From positions 1 to 64,000 of the IMG/VR virus record IMGVR_UViG_2974719393_000001: 64,000 nt of DNA. One strand, written 5' to 3'. Under the pieces are notes generated by a model. The model did not search any database. It was not told where the DNA came from and saw nothing but the letters and a program-made list of their open reading frames with translations. Both the position numbers and the translations under genes were made by a program. Positions 63,815-64,000 of this stretch are shown piece after piece (position 1 is the first letter of the stretch; each line of letters starts with the position of its first letter). Origin of the DNA: a virus (lineage: Duplodnaviria > Caudoviricetes).

Positions 63815-64000
63815 TGTTGCTAGTAATGGTTATTTTGTTACACGCATCTTAAATTACTACCCCGGACTGACGGTCGAGGACTACAACAAAATCATGGACC
63901 TCGAATATGACAACCGTCAGCACCTTCAAGGCATAGCCAATGCCCTAGGATTTACATTCCACACTTGCCCAACGGTAGTAGTGAAGGAATATTATTTGGA
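63783..64000 (+). CDS. hypothetical protein, 3'-truncated by window edge
   Basis: GAGG SD, GTG start, open frame (MKTSNTRSGVSVASNGYFVTRILNYYPG...) to the window end. Confidence 0.45.
   Translation, partial: MKTSNTRSGVSVASNGYFVTRILNYYPGLTVEDYNKIMDLEYDNRQHLQGIANALGFTFHTCPTVVVKEYYL

Noticed and set aside
1-64000. Genome-wide stop-codon reassignment
   Set aside because: All long core genes are intact in the standard code, and many end in TAG or TGA at sensible coupled junctions; only two isolated in-frame stops were found
1-64000. CRISPR array, retron/DGR reverse transcriptase, integrase or IS transposase
   Set aside because: No regularly spaced direct repeats, RT motifs or recombinase/transposase ORFs seen

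Overview
The window is about 64 kb of an N4-like phage genome (Schitoviridae). A marine gammaproteobacterial host such as Vibrio is likely, but that is inference only. On the + strand (1-28.4 kb) lie the C-terminal part of the T7-like RNAP II subunit, many small accessory genes, nucleotide-metabolism enzymes, an RNA-gene island (four tRNAs plus several tRNA-like or structured ncRNA candidates, about 6.3-9.9 kb), an AAA ATPase/vWA-metallopeptidase pair and the replication block (helicase, family A DNA polymerase, nuclease, primase, Sak4-like ATPase, SSB, RusA-like resolvase). On the - strand (28.4-61.9 kb) lie the 3550-aa virion RNA polymerase, virion proteins, major capsid protein, portal, endolysin, tail fibre, tailspike and terminase. 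Seven free-standing HNH or homing-type endonuclease genes are scattered through the window. The most striking observations are: (1) a GT9/heptosyltransferase-like glycosyltransferase directly upstream of a tail fibre carrying about 41 dispersed cysteines, a candidate virion S-glycosylation system; (2) a 75-nt RNA that looks like only the tRNA-like domain of tmRNA (G3.U70 alanine identity, no D stem, no anticodon arm); (3) recurrent C-TTC-G triloop hairpins matching the N4 vRNAP promoter architecture deep in the middle region; (4) a probable ATC start codon in a core virion gene and two genes with single in-frame stops. N4 gp-number equivalents are assigned from synteny and motif recall, not from a database search.
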